Source of the DNA: Chara braunii
Taxonomy: Eukaryota > Plantae > Charophyceae
Assembly: GCA_003427395.1 (NCBI GenBank)
Contig: BFEA01000007.1
Location: 76,760-132,306 of the forward strand
DNA length: 55,547 nt
Reading direction: 5' to 3'
The position numbers and the translations under genes were made by a program. Under the pieces are notes generated by a model, which saw nothing but the letters and a program-made list of their open reading frames with translations, did no database searches and had not been told where the DNA came from. Positions 52,022 through 55,547 of the stretch are shown one piece after another (the stretch's first letter is position 1; each line of letters starts with the position of its first letter).

Positions 52022-52637
52022 CTGGGTAGCACGGCGTACACGTACGCGGGCTCCGCCTACGTGCATACGCGTATGCACGTATGCGCATACGTGTCGCATA
52101 CGTATGCGCGCGTACTCAAATTTAAGGCCCACGTACATGGTCACATCGGGTCTGTGTGTGTTTGTGTGTGTGTGTGTGTGAGAGAAAGAGAGAGAGAGAG
52201 AGAGACATAGAGCCTCCTCCTCCTCCTCCTGCCGATCTTCTTCGTCGTCCTGCTCCTCGGTCCGTGGTACTGTCTGTCTGTCTGTCTGTCCAGTACCACG
52301 GGCGGAGGAGGAGGGGTAGGAGGAGGAGACAGACAGACATACAGACAGAAAGAAAGTACGACGGGTAGAGGACAGACAGACAGACAGACAAAAAGACAGA
52401 CAGGAGGGGGAGGACAGACAAGAGGAGGAGGACAGACAAACAGACAAACTGACAAACTGACAGACAGACAGACAGACTGTACCACGGGAGGGGTAGGAGG
52501 AGGGGTAGGAGGAGGGGTAGGAGGAGGGGTAGGAGGAGGAGGAGGACGAAGATCACGATCGAGAGGAGGAGGAGGAGATATGTGACTAAATACTGACTAT
52601 ATATATTATATATACATTATATATATATTTGCAAAAG

Positions 52638-52678
<41 letters not shown>

Positions 52679-52684
52679 AAGGGG

Positions 52685-52724
<40 letters not shown>

Positions 52725-52813
52725 GAGTACGCGTATGCGGGTTTCTTGGCACGTACGCGTACGCGCGCATACGTACGTGTACGCACCGCATACGAGTACG
52801 TGGTGCTATCCAA
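52022..52813. mobile_element. Non-autonomous hAT-like element filled with simple repeats
   Basis: TIR CTGGGTAGCAC...GTGCTATCCAA; 8-bp TSD GTACGAGC; GTACGC subterminal repeats. Confidence 0.85.
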
Positions 52814-53904
52814 GTACGAGCATAATACAAGGGTGTCATATATTCGACTACCTTGAGGTATCTTCTATAGTCCACTAAATGATTCATTGTCTTTACATCA
52901 TTTTTCACACGTCATTCACTTCCTCTTCGTCGACTTGTCGTTGTTCCTAATGCTGATGACGATCATGGTAATTTTCAATCTTTCTTTTGGTTTTATCAAT
53001 TATCGTTGGGCATAGAGTAGTCATTAATGGCAGACACACAATTTTAATAAACTATTTAGCAAACACCCTAGTGCTTTTGTGTTCCATTTGGATATATTTA
53101 CAATTCAAAACAGTTAGGAAACCCCCGGTATGGTCATGCAACCTTTATTTATGATTCCCTTATAAATTATTCAACAACTAAAGAGTCTCACAAGACATTT
53201 TTAAGGTCAATGGATAATCAATTACATAAGAAAATTAGAAGTAAGTTCAAGCAACACATATATTTGAGCAGCAGTGCTGTTTGCGTTGAGCCGCAACACT
53301 TTAAACATGTTTATAACTTTATTATTAGTCTTTATACAGTCATTTGTGCAACTTATCTTATTTGAAAGTCCTCAAAACTGATGGGTAAGCATGTGAGACC
53401 CAACCTCACGCCATATGGGACTTTATTATCGGTGTGGGAGTAGGCCCAAAAGTGCTAATAAGTGGGTGTGCCAACGATTTTAGGAAAGAGCGTTGGAGTC
53501 CCTGATAGGAACGGAGATTTCGGGTGTCAAGGTTTTGGAGATGGGACTGGTAGGGAGTTGGCTCATTGACCAATCAAAACTTAGTTGGGAGGATGTTTCT
53601 AATGCTTTCTATAATGTGTTTTAATAAAGAGATAACAATGAGATGAAAGTGTGACGCTATTGGATCGAGCCCGTACCCCTACACTTTACACCTAAACAGT
53701 TCAAGAGTATCCATGGGGTTGTGCAACAAAAAAAAAAAATCCTAGAGTTAAATATAATCATTCCATAATAAAATTCTACTCTAAATTTTAATTTGTGTTT
53801 TATTTTCAAAATTGTTATTCCATTTTTAAAAATTATCGTTTTTTTTAAAAACTTTCCTTCCAAGAAATTCAATTGGCTATCCCTTCTTGTTTGAATCGTA
53901 TGCT

Positions 53905-54085
53905 AGAGATGGAATAAAAGTCCGGATGAGTTTATGAAGTATTTTAATTCAACTATAGTTCTATTACAAGGAGTTTCAAGTATATATCGGTTGATTCAGT
54001 CTTCGTTATAAGATATTAGTTGTAGTAGAACAAAAATTTAATAAAAATATTTCATAAACTCATCCAAAATTTTATTCCATCTTAA
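53905..54085. mobile_element. Fold-back/MITE-like inverted repeat
   Basis: AGATGGAATAAAA..GGATGAGTTTATGAA versus TTCATAAACTCATCC..TTTTATTCCATCT. Confidence 0.65.
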
Positions 54086-55126
54086 ACAAATAGATTTAGT
54101 TGGAAGGGAAAACTTGTCTTTAGATGGGAAGTCGAGAACTTAATTAAACTGGAAATTTTAGAATTGGAAGAACTTTGAAATATATATATATTTTTTCATA
54201 TGAATAATTTTTTTTAAATAATTATTTTTTTCATCTTTCATTTATTATGAGAATTTTTCTATTGAAGGTTTGACGTGTGAACTACAGGGATTACAAAGTT
54301 CAAAAGTTCGACACAGGGGCTCTTAGGGTCCTCTGACCAGACTTAAGGCAGAAAAAGGAATCCACGTCGATAGCTAGTCCGTGGTAAGAGAAGAAAATGG
54401 AGTACGGGGGAAATTAAGTTTAAACGATAATAAACCCAAACTCTAGAGTCTACGAACGTCGCACAATTAACTTGGTTGGAGAAGTAATAGAAGCGAGCGA
54501 TCCTACTAAAAACATCCTACTCACAAATTTCGAGTCTCTCTTTATGAAGAAAAAAAAAGTCGGTTTAATCAAGAGGGGCATCAAACAAACATCCCATGCC
54601 AATATATAATGTATACTTAGTCTATCCATTTTGCACATTTATCCTCAATTTCTTGTAACATTTTGCAAGAAATGAATTCAAAACAAAACCTCGTAACATG
54701 CAGTTTGTGAAAAAGTACACTAAGATGAATATTCATTTTGCAAAATTTTGCGGTTCTTTCCTCGAAAATGTAGGTATTTTTTTCGGGCGCCCTTGCACCC
54801 AACTTATGCCTGGGTACACACACATATGCCCGGGCGGGCACGACCCTTGTGCAGGGTTCCAGGCAACCCAATCCCGAAAATAATAATAATAAAAAAAAAA
54901 TGGTCAAAATATTATGGGGAAAATATATGTAGTTTAGAATTGAAATACAAACGACTTTTGGTTGCAGGTAACATTAGAAGTCCTAACAGAATCAAAGATA
55001 AAAAAAAAAAAACGGAATCACAATGATCAGACTAACGCATTTTTCTTTAAGCCCCTCTAGCCCCTTTAAAACCATTATATACCCCCTTCGCACCCCCAGG
55101 AACGTTAACTCGGTATACATATTCGT

Positions 55127-55429
55127 TGTCCCTTTTGTGCTCATGAACGCTATCAGAACTGCATGATGCCGCACTGTGATGAACGTCTTGCTGTTTTTTT
55201 TATATGTGGACAGCATGTCCTTTGTCAGGATTGTTTTGATGGGATGGTCTATGCTAGGCCTCCTGCTGAATGTTGTGCTGAAGTAGCTCTCCTTGGGTGT
55301 CCTTGTGAACATCCATGTCATCCTCAACGTTCATATCCTATTTGTCGGGCTAGGGGTTCCTCTTCCTGCTTGGTCAATAGAATCAAGCAATCAGGAGCAA
55401 CACTAATTGTAGGACAGATAAAACTTTGA
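55127..55429 (+). pseudogene. RING-finger (C3HC4-like) coding remnant
   Basis: In frame: CPFC..CMMPHC..ICGQHVLCQDCF...YPICR; the last CxxC pair reads YPIC (TAT versus TGT). Confidence 0.5.
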
Positions 55430-55547
55430 AATTCGATACTACCAAAAGATGTAGAACTGGAGAAAGAAGAAATAAAAAATTAAAAAATGAAAATGAAAAA
55501 AAATTAAAAAAATAAATGTAAATTTCAAAAAAAAAAAAAAAAAAAAA

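Noticed and set aside
53392-53692. Solo LTR (TG...CA, ~300 bp)
   Set aside because: No TSD and no second copy in the window.

Overview
Eukaryotic, repeat-saturated intergenic DNA with N gaps. Plant-type TTTAGGG repeats, an algal/plant-type U6 and abundant microsatellites suggest a streptophyte; a charophyte such as Chara is my inference. I found no intact host gene. (1) 1408-21711 is a Mutator-like shell that splits a small hAT-type MITE. It holds a decayed Penelope-like retroelement (Naiad/Chlamys-type RT plus an extra ORF with a GRF zinc finger) between two copies of a ~6.5-7 kb unit, all joined at (CA)n tracts. (2) 28490-38850 holds two diverged copies of a retroelement-like segment, each carrying a U6 snRNA-derived sequence at the same position with the same AGC->AGU change. 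In copy 2 the U6 lies just inside a predicted intron. Between the copies are an LTR-like block and an array of ~18 hairpins with a near-constant AACTTA loop and covarying stems. This U6-plus-hairpin-array element is the best candidate for an undescribed system. (3) The rest is mostly non-autonomous hAT-like elements with 8-bp TSDs, microsatellites, interstitial telomeric repeats and a RING-finger remnant. All alignments were made by eye, and boundaries without a stated TSD are approximate.
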